From NCBI GenBank assembly GCA_005877075.1, contig VBPX01000030.1:9227-73226 (forward strand): 64,000 nt of DNA, read 5' to 3'. Shown piece after piece: positions 19,583-30,525 of this stretch; the first letter of the stretch is position 1; every line of letters begins with the position of its first letter. Source of the DNA: Nitrososphaerota archaeon (GTDB taxonomy: Archaea > Thermoproteota > Nitrososphaeria > Nitrososphaerales > Nitrososphaeraceae). Below the pieces are notes generated by a model. The model saw only the letters and a program-made list of their open reading frames with translations. It had not been told where the DNA came from and ran no database searches. Made by a program: the position numbers and the translations under genes.

Positions 19583-20323
19583 TTGTCTATTAACATGTCA
19601 TTTGATAAATCAAAAATTAATCAAAAGGAGGTTAAGGATGCAAAAAATGATATCAATTCACCTACATTATATCTCAATTTTTCTTTCTATAAAGTTGATC
19701 CTAAATGGAGATGGATTAATGACATAGGAAAAGATGAAGCTGCAAAAGAGTTTTCTTCATTAATTGAAATTGCCAATACCAAGATGAAGGTGAGGACTTA
19801 TTCCACCATTGGTATTAGAAAGGAGTCTGACTTTATGATATGGAGTATTTCTGATTCCATAGAAAAAATTCAAGTCCTAACTTCAAAAGTCTACACGACA
19901 GTTTTGGGAAAATATATCGATACATCTGAAGTTTATCTATCGGCAACCCGTCCATCTGTTTATTCCAACAAAATCACTCCAGGTTTCATGGAGCACGAAG
20001 AACCTTTGAAATACAGTATTGTATACCCATTTATTAAGTCAAGAGAATGGTATCTTCTTCCATTTGAAAAAAGAAATGAAATGATGAAAGAACACATTGC
20101 CGTTGGTAAAAAGTATCCACAGATAAGATTGAATACCTCATATTCATTTGGAATTGGTGACCAAGATTTTATGTTAGCTTTTGAAACAGATAATTTGATA
20201 GATTTTCAGGACTTGATCATGAAGCTACGTGAAACCCAAGTAAGCAAATATATTTTACGAGATACACCCATGATAGTGTGTGTTTATAAAAAAATTTTTG
20301 ACATAATAAAGAGTTTAGGATGA
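19583..20323 (+). CDS. Chlorite dismutase family protein (Cld/HemQ/ChdC-like)
   Basis: 246 aa with family blocks YLNFSFYKVDPKWR, EMMKEHIAVGKKY (proximal His region) and SYSFGIGDQDFMLAFETDNLIDFQDLIMKLR. Confidence 0.75.
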   Translation: MSINMSFDKSKINQKEVKDAKNDINSPTLYLNFSFYKVDPKWRWINDIGKDEAAKEFSSLIEIANTKMKVRTYSTIGIRKESDFMIWSISDSIEKIQVLTSKVYTTVLGKYIDTSEVYLSATRPSVYSNKITPGFMEHEEPLKYSIVYPFIKSREWYLLPFEKRNEMMKEHIAVGKKYPQIRLNTSYSFGIGDQDFMLAFETDNLIDFQDLIMKLRETQVSKYILRDTPMIVCVYKKIFDIIKSLG

Positions 20324-20925
20324 GCATGTTAGCGTTGAAAGAGTGGGCAATTATTTGTAGAGCTCTAGAAGAAGGCAAACAATCAATATTGCTACGAAAA
20401 GGTGGTGTCTTGGAATATAAGAAGGGATTTGAAATTAGTCAAAAAATATTCCTGTTGTATCCCACCTATGAGCACCAATCAAAAGAATATTTACAACCAA
20501 ATTATTTAGAAAATTTTGAATTACTTGTAGAGGGTAAGGACTCGATTACTAATAATGACAAACTAAATACTATCAGAATTTTAGCAAGTATTGAAGAAAT
20601 ACACGAGTTTTGTGATGAGACTACATTATCAAAATTAGAAAAGTATCATATATGGAATGAACGATATGTTCAATCGAGAATGAATTATAATCCAAAAAAG
20701 CCAATGAATGCCCTTTTTCTTAGAGTGTACAAGCTGCCCAAGCCAATTTCAATAGATGTAAAACCAGAATGGGCTGGATGTAAATCATGGATAGAGATTG
20801 AGTTGTCGAAAAGATATGGAGATTTATATGGTAACATTAAAGAATTATTGAATGAATGTGAACCAGTTATTGATAAAGATGATTTTCAAAAAATATATAA
20901 TGATTTTACGGAGATATGGAATTGA
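20320..20925 (+). CDS. DUF1802-like protein
   Basis: 201 aa. The N-terminus ALKEWAIICRALEEGKQSILLRKGG and LYPTYEHQ resemble DUF1802 as I recall it. ATGA overlap with the Cld-like gene. Confidence 0.5.
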   Translation: MSMLALKEWAIICRALEEGKQSILLRKGGVLEYKKGFEISQKIFLLYPTYEHQSKEYLQPNYLENFELLVEGKDSITNNDKLNTIRILASIEEIHEFCDETTLSKLEKYHIWNERYVQSRMNYNPKKPMNALFLRVYKLPKPISIDVKPEWAGCKSWIEIELSKRYGDLYGNIKELLNECEPVIDKDDFQKIYNDFTEIWN

Positions 20926-21917
20926 AATATAGGCGATTAGGGAAAAGCGATATCAGAGTAAGTGAAATAGGATTTGGAGCGTGGACCATTGGCGTTGATT
21001 GGTGGGGTAAGAAAATAGATGACGACGAAGCAATTAGGATGTTAAAAAGAGCTTATGACGTAGGAATCAATTTTTATGATACCGGAGATATCTATGGTAA
21101 AGGAAAAAGTGAAAAATTAATAGGAATAGCTTTCAAAGATATGAGGAACGAAATAGTGTACTCTACTAAATGGGGATATGACATGTATAATGCCGAACAA
21201 ATAGGACATAATGAATTGCCCCAGAAACACAATATTGAATTCTTGAAGTATGCATTAGAACAGAGTTTGGAAAGACTCCAGACAGACTACATAGACGTAT
21301 ATAGTCTTCACAATCCAAAAATGCAAGTGATCACAAATAGAGAATTGTTTAATGCGTTAGACACTCTTGTTACCAAAGGCAAGATCAGGAGTCATGGAGT
21401 TGCGTTAGGTCCAGCTATTGGATGGAAGGACGAAGGTCTTCACGCAATCACAGAACACAATATCACATGTCTTCAAACAGTTTATAATATTTTAGAACAA
21501 GATCCGGGTAACACATTACTAGAAGCTGGAAAGGAAAAAAATGTAGGCATAATGGCAAGAGTACCTGACGCATCAGGAGTCTTAACAGGCAAGGTTAATG
21601 CAGATACAACATTTGGCAAGAATGATCACAGAAGTGCAAGGAAAAGGGAATGGATATCTGAAGCCCTAAAAAAGGTTGAAAATATGAGAGCAATATCTGA
21701 TAAGAAAGGATGGGGTATTACGGAACTTGCGGTTAAATTTATTCTGTCTCATCAACAGATATCAGTTGTATTACCAACAATGATCAGTGTGGATGAAATC
21801 GATAAATTCTCTCAGATGTCAGATGGGAAATATCTAGATTTATCGGAGATGCAACAAATCTCTGAGATGTACCTCAATAATTTTTACGTTACCCCTAATA
21901 CTACTAGTAGCTCTTGA
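20916..21917 (+). CDS. Aldo/keto reductase
   Basis: 333 aa with YRRLGKSDIRVSEIGFGAW, INFYDTGDIYGKGKSE and YIDVYSLHNP. Overlaps the upstream gene by 10 nt. Confidence 0.85.
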   Translation: MELKYRRLGKSDIRVSEIGFGAWTIGVDWWGKKIDDDEAIRMLKRAYDVGINFYDTGDIYGKGKSEKLIGIAFKDMRNEIVYSTKWGYDMYNAEQIGHNELPQKHNIEFLKYALEQSLERLQTDYIDVYSLHNPKMQVITNRELFNALDTLVTKGKIRSHGVALGPAIGWKDEGLHAITEHNITCLQTVYNILEQDPGNTLLEAGKEKNVGIMARVPDASGVLTGKVNADTTFGKNDHRSARKREWISEALKKVENMRAISDKKGWGITELAVKFILSHQQISVVLPTMISVDEIDKFSQMSDGKYLDLSEMQQISEMYLNNFYVTPNTTSSS

Positions 21918-22278
21918 TCCCAACTAATCCGCTGTAACTTGCGGGCATCTACTATGAGGCAATCCGTGCTATTATATTGATAAATTAGCCATATACAAGA
22001 GGCAATACTTTGCATATGAGATATAATGTAAATAGCACGATATCTAATTTTTTTTACAGTTATCCATATTATTTATTAAATAACAATAATAAAAATTGCA
22101 ATCAAATCTCAATTGTATTTATTTCGATTTCATAATTAGTATATTTGTTTATAGTAATCTTCGTACTAATATTATACCTTAATTAAAGTACTATGAATTT
22201 TACCTTGACCATCATACAGCTGTTCGTTACCTAATCCAAATATACTTGCAACAAGGTAAATTGAATTACGGCTAGGTC

Positions 22279-22740
22279 ATGGTTGGTAGAATTATTGCCA
22301 TTATTGCACTAAGTAGCATATTAGCACTAGTCAATGGTATCCATGGAACTTATGCAAATCTAGTTCTTGAGAAGAATGATGTTAATGGTAAACAGATTGA
22401 GCGTATTTATCCAATAGCTAGCTTAATTAACAATCAAAGTACGAATGAACAAATCTTAACTGAGATCAAATCGCAACTTGAGAATTCAGATCCTTTTAAG
22501 ATAAAAGCGCTCGATAAAGACAGAATTATCCTTAATTTGTCTTCGAGGGAGGACGTTAGTTCAAAACATGTGAATGTAAATAATGTAGATTCAAAAGATG
22601 TAGATTCAAAAGATGTAGATTCAAAGGATTTGAAATCTACCGGTAATGATAATCAATGTAAATCGGATAATTGTTCTGAAAAATCAAAACCTACAAAGGA
22701 TGATATCCCATTTGAGCTACCAACCATTCCTTTTCCCTAA
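22279..22740 (+). CDS. Secreted/anchored hypothetical protein with VDSKD repeats
   Basis: 153 aa with N-terminal hydrophobic signal and a (VDSKD)x3 repeat. No family recognised. Confidence 0.5.
   Translation: MVGRIIAIIALSSILALVNGIHGTYANLVLEKNDVNGKQIERIYPIASLINNQSTNEQILTEIKSQLENSDPFKIKALDKDRIILNLSSREDVSSKHVNVNNVDSKDVDSKDVDSKDLKSTGNDNQCKSDNCSEKSKPTKDDIPFELPTIPFP
22585..22629. repeat. 15-nt tandem repeat x3 (gtagattcaaaagat, third unit with one substitution)
   Basis: Read directly in the sequence. Encodes VDSKDVDSKDVDSKD. Confidence 0.9.
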
Positions 22741-22840
22741 AAATGGATCAGCTAGTCACATTTTAGCGTAAACTCTAGTCGTTTAAATTATGTAAAAAAA
22801 TTATAAAAAACAAAAATATGGGGAAACCCTATAGATTACA

Positions 22841-23689
22841 GTGCATATGAAATTTGAAAGAATGCTTTTTTTTGTCTTATCTGGAATGACTCTAGCAGTG
22901 ATGATGTATTTTGGTATGGAGTCAAATAATATTTTTGCAATTACAATAAAGATAGAATCTCCACTTAGCAATCAGCAGGTTCCTGTAGGCGAATTAACCA
23001 TAACTGGAACATCATCTGATAATTCGACTTCTGAATGTCAGGTTTATGTAGATTGGAATAGTTTAAAGCCCTATCAACTAGCTACTCCAACTGGTACTAA
23101 TGGCTCAACGGATTTTTCCAAGTGGAGTTATACATATAGCTCAAAATATCATCTTATTCAGACAGGACTCAATGATTTGACATCAAAAATTACTTGTCTA
23201 GTTCCACCTACCGGACCGACTGTTACAAAATGGTACAGCATAAATGTTACAGGAAGTACATCTACCAATCAATCAAATATTGTACAATTACCGTTACCAA
23301 CAGCTAATAATAATTCTCCACCATCTTCAAATATACTAACTTCAACTCCACAATTAGACACATCAATTAATACAACAAACTCATCAAGTTCAAACCAAAT
23401 AAACCTCGATATTAGTGTAGAGCAAAATCCAATTCCAGCTGGTGAGAAACAAAGAGTAACATTAACAGCCTCCGATCCGGCCACAGGAAATACTCTGGAC
23501 CGCGTATTTTTACGGCTAACGATTAAAGATCCGTCGGGAAATATTCTAAAAGATTATACTGACAATGATGGAGAACTATCGCCTACCTTCAAGATTAATA
23601 AAGACGTAACAGGAACTTATTCAATTTTAGCAAGTGCGTCACAAGCAGGAGTAGAAACTTCAAAATCTTCGACATTCGTCGTTCAGTAA
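22841..23689 (+). CDS. Cell-surface hypothetical protein (signal anchor, Ig-like modules, Ser/Thr/Asn-rich linker)
   Basis: 282 aa with N-terminal TM segment, many N-x-S/T sequons, an STN-rich linker and a beta-rich C-terminal module. Confidence 0.55.
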   Translation: MHMKFERMLFFVLSGMTLAVMMYFGMESNNIFAITIKIESPLSNQQVPVGELTITGTSSDNSTSECQVYVDWNSLKPYQLATPTGTNGSTDFSKWSYTYSSKYHLIQTGLNDLTSKITCLVPPTGPTVTKWYSINVTGSTSTNQSNIVQLPLPTANNNSPPSSNILTSTPQLDTSINTTNSSSSNQINLDISVEQNPIPAGEKQRVTLTASDPATGNTLDRVFLRLTIKDPSGNILKDYTDNDGELSPTFKINKDVTGTYSILASASQAGVETSKSSTFVVQ

Positions 23690-24024
23690 TTTCATTGTGT
23701 TGATATAGAAACTGAAATGGCTAGAATAATTTCGAAATTTAAATTGCGTTGATGATATTTGACTAGTCAAGATCTGACTTTCACATATCTTCTCCTGAAT
23801 GTCGATATTCTTGTATGATTATGAAATGTATATGAAGTCCATGATTCAGATAGTTGAATAGAAAACACATCAAATAGAATAACAATCGAATAAATTTCCA
23901 TTGTGAAATATTCAATGGTCTTTCATTGGTTCGCTATACTTAAACAAGGTTGACTCGACATGAGATATCTCATTTTATTAACTTCTTGTTTAATCGAGAT
24001 TATTGAATATGCTATTTGATACTA

Positions 24025-25242
24025 TTATGTTACATCAGTTCGTGACGTATTAACTGGATCCCCTCTGACATCAAAAAGTCCCATCCATCCCAGATCTGTA
24101 AACTCTGTCTGATGTGCATGAAACATGTAGGTTCCAGGAAAAAGGTACTTAAATTCCATTATTCCTCTATCTCCCTGAGACAATGTCACAATGTCTGTAG
24201 TATAATCTGATGTTTCATCTGTACCAGCAGTATAGTAATCATACATGGTACCATGCATGTGGAATGAATTAACCAAGTCAAATTCCAACATATTTACAAG
24301 ATATATACGGTAAGGTTTTCCCGTGTGTAACACAATTGGGTTCATCATATACTCAAATGCTTTTCCATTTACCGTGTAAATTTCATTATCTCTTTGCTTG
24401 CGATCACCAGCAGAACCTGCCTTTTGCTCACCACCAGCCGTCTCTTTCTCCTTAATAGAAGGAAGAGACACATGGGTCATATTAGAACCAGTATCATTTT
24501 GTTGACTTATGGGAAATTCTGAAGCTGGAGGAAGTGAAACATGACCCTCTTGTTCATAATTCAAGTCGTAACCGTTCATGAGCATAGCCATCTCTGTCAT
24601 TTGAGGTCTAGGCTCCTTTGGATCTATAATCATCATTCCATATAGTCCCCTATTGATATGATCTGCTATTGGATCCATATGACAGTGATATGGATATACT
24701 CCGTATGGTTGTGCAATAAATTCATAGGTGAAACTCCTTCCCGGCGCAATGGCGCCTCCAGGATATCCGCCCATCGAAACGCCATCATTTTTTGCATAAT
24801 GGATAGAATGAGTATGAAGTGAATGGGGATGTGAGTTCTCGGCACTATTAATAACTCTAATACGGACTAAATCACCTTCAGTGACTCTTATAGTTGGTCC
24901 GGGAATAGTGCCATTGAATGTCCATCCATCAAAGATATGTCCCTCATAGGAAATAGGGATCTTTTGATGCTCCTGAACAATTAGTGTGAACTGTCGTACT
25001 GTTCTCCCGCTTTCATCCTTCGAAACATGACCACAATTAAAATAAGTTAGATATTCTGTAGGAGTGGGTTTCTTGCTCAAGTCTGTTGCGCAATTCTTTA
25101 TCTTATCGTATTGTTCTCTAGAAATGGGAGTTGCTGGCACCTGACCGTATGTAGATTGATTAAATAAAGGAAATACTGTAGACGAAAAAAGCAAAATAAT
25201 TGACAAAACCAATGCAAAAAAGCACGCATTTTGCCTAAACAC
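24025..25242 (-). CDS. Two-domain multicopper oxidase (T1 copper site in the N-terminal cupredoxin domain)
   Basis: 405 aa with signal peptide. Copper motifs run in the order HSLHTH (HxxHxH), YHCHMDPIADH...GMM (HCH/T1), FHMHG (HxHG), FHAHQ (HxH). Confidence 0.8.
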   Translation of the reverse strand: MFRQNACFFALVLSIILLFSSTVFPLFNQSTYGQVPATPISREQYDKIKNCATDLSKKPTPTEYLTYFNCGHVSKDESGRTVRQFTLIVQEHQKIPISYEGHIFDGWTFNGTIPGPTIRVTEGDLVRIRVINSAENSHPHSLHTHSIHYAKNDGVSMGGYPGGAIAPGRSFTYEFIAQPYGVYPYHCHMDPIADHINRGLYGMMIIDPKEPRPQMTEMAMLMNGYDLNYEQEGHVSLPPASEFPISQQNDTGSNMTHVSLPSIKEKETAGGEQKAGSAGDRKQRDNEIYTVNGKAFEYMMNPIVLHTGKPYRIYLVNMLEFDLVNSFHMHGTMYDYYTAGTDETSDYTTDIVTLSQGDRGIMEFKYLFPGTYMFHAHQTEFTDLGWMGLFDVRGDPVNTSRTDVT

Positions 25243-25617
25243 ATTTAGTCAAACATATTCTACATATAAAAATGTTAATTATTTTTTAATTTTCGTGAGG
25301 TGTTTAAATATATCGCTAACGAATTTGAGATTTTATTTTTTACAGTAAAGAGTTTCGATATTAATTCTCTGTTAACCAGAAAATCCTATTTCTAATTTGG
25401 TACCTTGAAAATCATGTTTCATTATCAAAGTACGTTAGTTTCCTTAATTCATGACTTCATTACATTAAAATCAAATAAGCAGCAACAAATAATTGTGAAA
25501 AAAGTCCCTATTGAAATATTTGAAAAAAAGGAACGAAATCTTAGTAATATATGACCTAACATGATTCAGAATTTTCTTACCTAGCCCTTAATAGATATAA
25601 TCCTATCTTTAAATTCA

Positions 25618-26070
25618 ATGGAAAAGTCAAATGGAACAAAGATAGCTGTGATCATGGTAGCCTTTAGTTTAGTTGTGTATTCAATTTATTTGAATCAGGT
25701 AGCAATCGCCATCGCCGAAGAATTTGATTTAAAAAGTGCAGGGAAGGGAGCTATTTCGTGTGACGGAGGTGATCTAGTCAAGGGTGTAAGAATAAACTTT
25801 TTTGTGACTCATGACAAAGGAACGTCATTTGCCGAATGGAATATTGATCACGAAGAACTAGGATCTGCAGGAGGTATCATTACCAAAGTAAAGACGTCAT
25901 CATCATCAAATAGTTTTGTTTTGAAAGGAGTTGAAGCTTTTGACAATATTTGTGACAATCAAACACCATCTGACATTGATCTATCAGGACATTGTGGATC
26001 AGGAACCGTAAAATTAGTATCCGAAAACGGAAACAAGGGTACATTTGCATCAAATGTAAAATGTGGTTGA
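25618..26070 (+). CDS. Secreted hypothetical protein (Cys-containing)
   Basis: 150 aa with N-terminal signal/anchor VIMVAFSLVVYSIYL and six Cys. No family recognised. Confidence 0.5.
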   Translation: MEKSNGTKIAVIMVAFSLVVYSIYLNQVAIAIAEEFDLKSAGKGAISCDGGDLVKGVRINFFVTHDKGTSFAEWNIDHEELGSAGGIITKVKTSSSSNSFVLKGVEAFDNICDNQTPSDIDLSGHCGSGTVKLVSENGNKGTFASNVKCG

Positions 26071-26183
26071 TGATAGCAACAACTCTTGATTATTTGTTAT
26101 TTTACCAACCAAAATGAAATAGAGAGTAATGGATAAAACTAACGTGTTTTAAAAAGATTATAAAGAGTCTATAACAACAACCA

Positions 26184-26387
26184 TTGAGGTTGATTCTCAC
26201 TTTTTTTAAAAAATGGCTTCCAATAGCCGCCATTTCTGCTGCGATACCCCTTATAATTAGTTTCATACTTGGCACTCCAATATTACAGGCACTTGTGGCA
26301 TCTGGCCTTACTGTATTGCTAGTAGTAAGCGGTCTTATCTTTAGATCATTTGGACGTGAAAGAAAACCTGGATTTGAAAATCCATAA
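26184..26387 (+). CDS. Possible small two-TM membrane protein
   Basis: 67-aa ORF with TTG start and two clear hydrophobic helices. Preferred over the overlapping minus-strand ORF on composition only. Confidence 0.3.
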   Translation: MRLILTFFKKWLPIAAISAAIPLIISFILGTPILQALVASGLTVLLVVSGLIFRSFGRERKPGFENP

Positions 26388-26417
26388 ATGTGCACAAAAA
26401 AATTTATCTTTTGATAT

Positions 26418-26774
26418 TCAAGCCAACTTGCTTATTGGAGATTCCATTTTAACTATATTCTCGTCTAGAATACTCAACATCATATTGTAATATTGTAAAA
26501 AGGATCGACCTTTTTCTGTTGCTCGGTAAGTCAATATACCATCATCCAAATTTTGAATTATTAACTCCTTTTCTAAAAGTTCGTATAGATACCTATTGAT
26601 TTGTTCATAACTTAAGTTTCCCTTATACATGATGTGTGTTTTCCTTATGCCTGCTTTGCACAAGTCCACTATATCGGCCATAATTTGGATCTTTCCTCTA
26701 TTATTTTCATTTTTACATACTGTCTTGCTCAATTCGTTCTTATGAAAGTTGTCTAGGTAATTAAGGGGAACCAT
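26418..26774 (-). CDS. Winged-helix DNA-binding protein (archaeal HTH_45-like)
   Basis: 118 aa. IVDLCKAGIRKTHIMYKGNLSYEQINRYLYELLEKELI...YRATEKGRSFL is a wHTH pattern common in small archaeal regulators. Confidence 0.65.
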   Translation of the reverse strand: MVPLNYLDNFHKNELSKTVCKNENNRGKIQIMADIVDLCKAGIRKTHIMYKGNLSYEQINRYLYELLEKELIIQNLDDGILTYRATEKGRSFLQYYNMMLSILDENIVKMESPISKLA

Positions 26775-26908
26775 GAAATTCTGAATCGGAACGATCGTTC
26801 CAAATTATCTCGAGAACTGAAAATCACAAATCTAATTTCATAATGGTTTTTTAATACCAGAGTATTAATGGATATAATAATAACCTCAATTTATCAGCTA
26901 TTACCTTC

Positions 26909-27967
26909 ATGAAAAAACCAACAGTGAGAACTGAGATAATCAGGGTAAATTCCAAGAGACCGGATTATCACATAATTCGAAAAGCATCTAGATTAATCTG
27001 TAATGGAGAAATTGTTGCATTCCCAACAGAAACAGTATATGGATTAGGGGCCAATGCGTTGGATCCGTCCTCAGTATCTAAAATATTTAAAATTAAGGGC
27101 AGACATTCAGATAATCCGTTAATAGTCCATATAGATGATATGAATAACTTGAAGAAATTGGTCATGGAGATACCTCCTAGCGCAAACAAAATTATTAATA
27201 AATTTTGGCCGGGTCCAATTACCCTTGTTTTTAAGAAATCAGAAAGTGTTCCTGATATCACTACGGGTGGGCTTAACACAGTTGCAATACGTATGCCTAG
27301 GAATAATGTCGTTTTGGCATTAATTAAAATGTCTGGCCTTCCTATTGCGGCACCCTCAGCGAACATCTCGGGCAGACCAAGTCCTACTAAGGCTAAACAT
27401 GTAAAAGATGATCTTGATGGAAAAATAAAATTGATCCTAGATGGAGGTACTGCCGAGATTGGAATTGAATCTACTGTAATTGACGTAACACAACAGATTC
27501 CTATAATATTAAGACCGGGTGGAATTTCAAAAGAATCAATCGAAAATGAAATAGGTAAAGTTCGCTTTCATGATTCTCTTCTTGGTCTTGAGAACAGTAA
27601 ACATACTAAAAATAGATCGCCTGGGATGAAATACAGACATTGTTCACCAAATGCCCAAGTAATTCTTGTAGAAGGCCCCACAAACAAGGCGAGGAATAAA
27701 ATCATTGAATTGACTGAGCGACTTAAAATTGAAAATAAGCGTGTGTGTGTAATGACTACCAGTAAATCATTGAAAATAAATGCAGAGAGGATTCAGTATA
27801 TGGGAAAAAGATTCGAGACTATCGGAAGAAATCTATTTTCTAACCTTAGAGAGGCCGACAGCCATAAGATTGATGTAATATTAGTTCAGGGGATTCAACA
27901 TAAAAAAATAGGTTTTGCTATAATGAATAGACTAAAGAAAGCTGCTTCTAAAAGTATACGGGTGTGA
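26909..27967 (+). CDS. sua5: L-threonylcarbamoyladenylate synthase Sua5/TsaC (t6A biosynthesis)
   Basis: 352 aa with VAFPTETVYGLGANA, SKIFKIKGRHSDNPLIVH, SANISGRPSPT, plus the Sua5-specific C-terminal domain. Confidence 0.9.
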   Translation: MKKPTVRTEIIRVNSKRPDYHIIRKASRLICNGEIVAFPTETVYGLGANALDPSSVSKIFKIKGRHSDNPLIVHIDDMNNLKKLVMEIPPSANKIINKFWPGPITLVFKKSESVPDITTGGLNTVAIRMPRNNVVLALIKMSGLPIAAPSANISGRPSPTKAKHVKDDLDGKIKLILDGGTAEIGIESTVIDVTQQIPIILRPGGISKESIENEIGKVRFHDSLLGLENSKHTKNRSPGMKYRHCSPNAQVILVEGPTNKARNKIIELTERLKIENKRVCVMTTSKSLKINAERIQYMGKRFETIGRNLFSNLREADSHKIDVILVQGIQHKKIGFAIMNRLKKAASKSIRV

Positions 27968-27974
27968 TTCGATT

Positions 27975-28754
<780 letters not shown>

Positions 28755-28878
28755 TTAGAATTTGTTATCTTACATGCCCTGAGGTTGAATTGCTTACTAT
28801 AGATCTGTGTAAATGCAAGTATTTATCATCAGGACATAGCCAACAACATAGGAAAAATTAAAATTCGATTGGAAATCA

Positions 28879-29409
28879 ATGTTTCTTAAATTGGTTACCA
28901 AAAATAAGATTCTACCTGCTATTTTCACTCTTCTAATTTTTTCTATTTTGACCTCCCAATCTTTTGCAGTTGAATTACATACCAATAACAGTACGATTGT
29001 GAATAGTGAGGATTTTTATCCTCAATATCAAAAAACTTCGACTTTTATAAATGGATATAATGTAGTGTTGGCCATAGCTTCTACCCAGGAACAAAAGGTT
29101 AAGGGTCTTTCAGGTTTGGAAAAGTTGAATGAGAATGAAGGAATGTTATTCTTATTCGATGAACCATCAAAGCAAGGGTTTTGGATGAATGAAATGAATA
29201 TTCCAATAGACATCATTTGGTTGAGTTCTGAGAGTAAAGTGGTTCATATCGAAAAAAGGTTGCAACCTTGCAAAATGTTCATAGCTTGTCCGGTTTATAG
29301 TCCGCAAGTAGATTCATTGTACGTCATTGAGCTTAAATCAGGTTTTTCCGATGATCATTCAATAAAGAAGAGCATGATGATTAATTTTAGTTTAGCAGGT
29401 AAGAATTAA
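28879..29409 (+). CDS. DUF192 domain protein with signal peptide
   Basis: 176 aa with GLSGLEKLNENEGMLFLFDEP...FWMNEMNIPIDIIWL...PC...CPVY, the DUF192 pattern. Confidence 0.7.
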   Translation: MFLKLVTKNKILPAIFTLLIFSILTSQSFAVELHTNNSTIVNSEDFYPQYQKTSTFINGYNVVLAIASTQEQKVKGLSGLEKLNENEGMLFLFDEPSKQGFWMNEMNIPIDIIWLSSESKVVHIEKRLQPCKMFIACPVYSPQVDSLYVIELKSGFSDDHSIKKSMMINFSLAGKN

Positions 29410-29456
29410 TTCCTAACTAACGATAATTAAAATGGACGAGCATTTGTTCTACAATA

Positions 29457-29816
29457 ATGGGAGAAAATGATATAGTGATAAATTTTGACAAGAATGAAGT
29501 CAAACCGAAAGAGGAATTGAATGGAGTCATAAATATCAATTATGCTAGCCGCTTTGATAGCATTGTAATAAATTCACAAATAGAAAATTCCAATGACATT
29601 TTTAGTTTCGTAAAACTCAATGATAAAAAAATTGTTTATTCATATGCAAGAATGCCTATACTAAGACAGGATATCAAAGAAGATAAAAAGATTGAATTTA
29701 CAGTAATGACCGAACATGTACCACAAGGCATTTCAAATGTTAAATTTAGAGTATCAATTATTCAAGAACATAAGGAAGTTGCAAATGATGTAGCTTTTCT
29801 TAGTATAAGATCGTGA
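29457..29816 (+). CDS. Hypothetical protein (beta-rich)
   Basis: 119-aa ORF with protein-like composition. No family recognised. Confidence 0.45.
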   Translation: MGENDIVINFDKNEVKPKEELNGVININYASRFDSIVINSQIENSNDIFSFVKLNDKKIVYSYARMPILRQDIKEDKKIEFTVMTEHVPQGISNVKFRVSIIQEHKEVANDVAFLSIRS

Positions 29817-29922
29817 TACATTGTACACAATTTCCATTTAAAACCTTTAGAAAGATTTATTGTAAAACAATTTGTGGGTAAGGCTGACAGAAGATATAGT
29901 CTTGCAAGTAAATCACAAAAGG

Positions 29923-30384
29923 TTATACGAAACTTTTTACAATGATTACTTTTCCGGTCATCCATGGATGAGGTTCACAATGGTATGAATACTCTCCATC
30001 TTTAGTAAACGTAAATTCATAGGTTTTTTGTGGGAGTACCAAGCCTATAGTATCAATCGAATTAAAAGGTCCATTTATCTGATCGTTGTATTGATTATCG
30101 GTAGTTACACTATGAGCGGTAGTATCATGGTTAGTCCAAATAACCTTATTATTTATACCTAATGAACCCCTTATTTCCTTGGGTTCAAAGTTTTTCGGCT
30201 GTGATGGTTGCGATGAACCTTCTATAATGGAAACCTTTAGCTGTTCAGGTGGATTCAAAACTTCCGCAGGTAATTGCGGTTTAGCATTCGCCTCTTTTGT
30301 ATAAACAAACTGGTAGTAGGCCATACTAGCGGCTACAGTAACAATAAATGCAATGATGCTGATTCCTGCCGCATGATTGTTCAT
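29923..30384 (-). CDS. Membrane-anchored plastocyanin-like blue (type 1) copper protein
   Basis: 153 aa with N-terminal TM helix, His in TTAHSVT, and the C-terminal ligand set YHCEPHPWMTG (C-x2-H-x3-M). Confidence 0.8.
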   Translation of the reverse strand: MNNHAAGISIIAFIVTVAASMAYYQFVYTKEANAKPQLPAEVLNPPEQLKVSIIEGSSQPSQPKNFEPKEIRGSLGINNKVIWTNHDTTAHSVTTDNQYNDQINGPFNSIDTIGLVLPQKTYEFTFTKDGEYSYHCEPHPWMTGKVIIVKSFV

Positions 30385-30525
30385 TTATTACCAGGTTAAT
30401 GAACTGACGATTATATATAATATTAAGTTAGTTTGATTCCTTGAGTGTCATTCATTTTCTGATTAGGTATTCAAATAATCCATTAGAAACTTTATCTAAC
30501 TGAAAAGCAATTTCAAAAGTGTAGC

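Noticed and set aside
26102-26395. 97-aa minus-strand ORF overlapping the 67-aa plus-strand membrane ORF
   Set aside because: The translation lacks any domain or TM pattern. The plus-strand alternative at least forms two clean hydrophobic helices. Neither is strongly supported.
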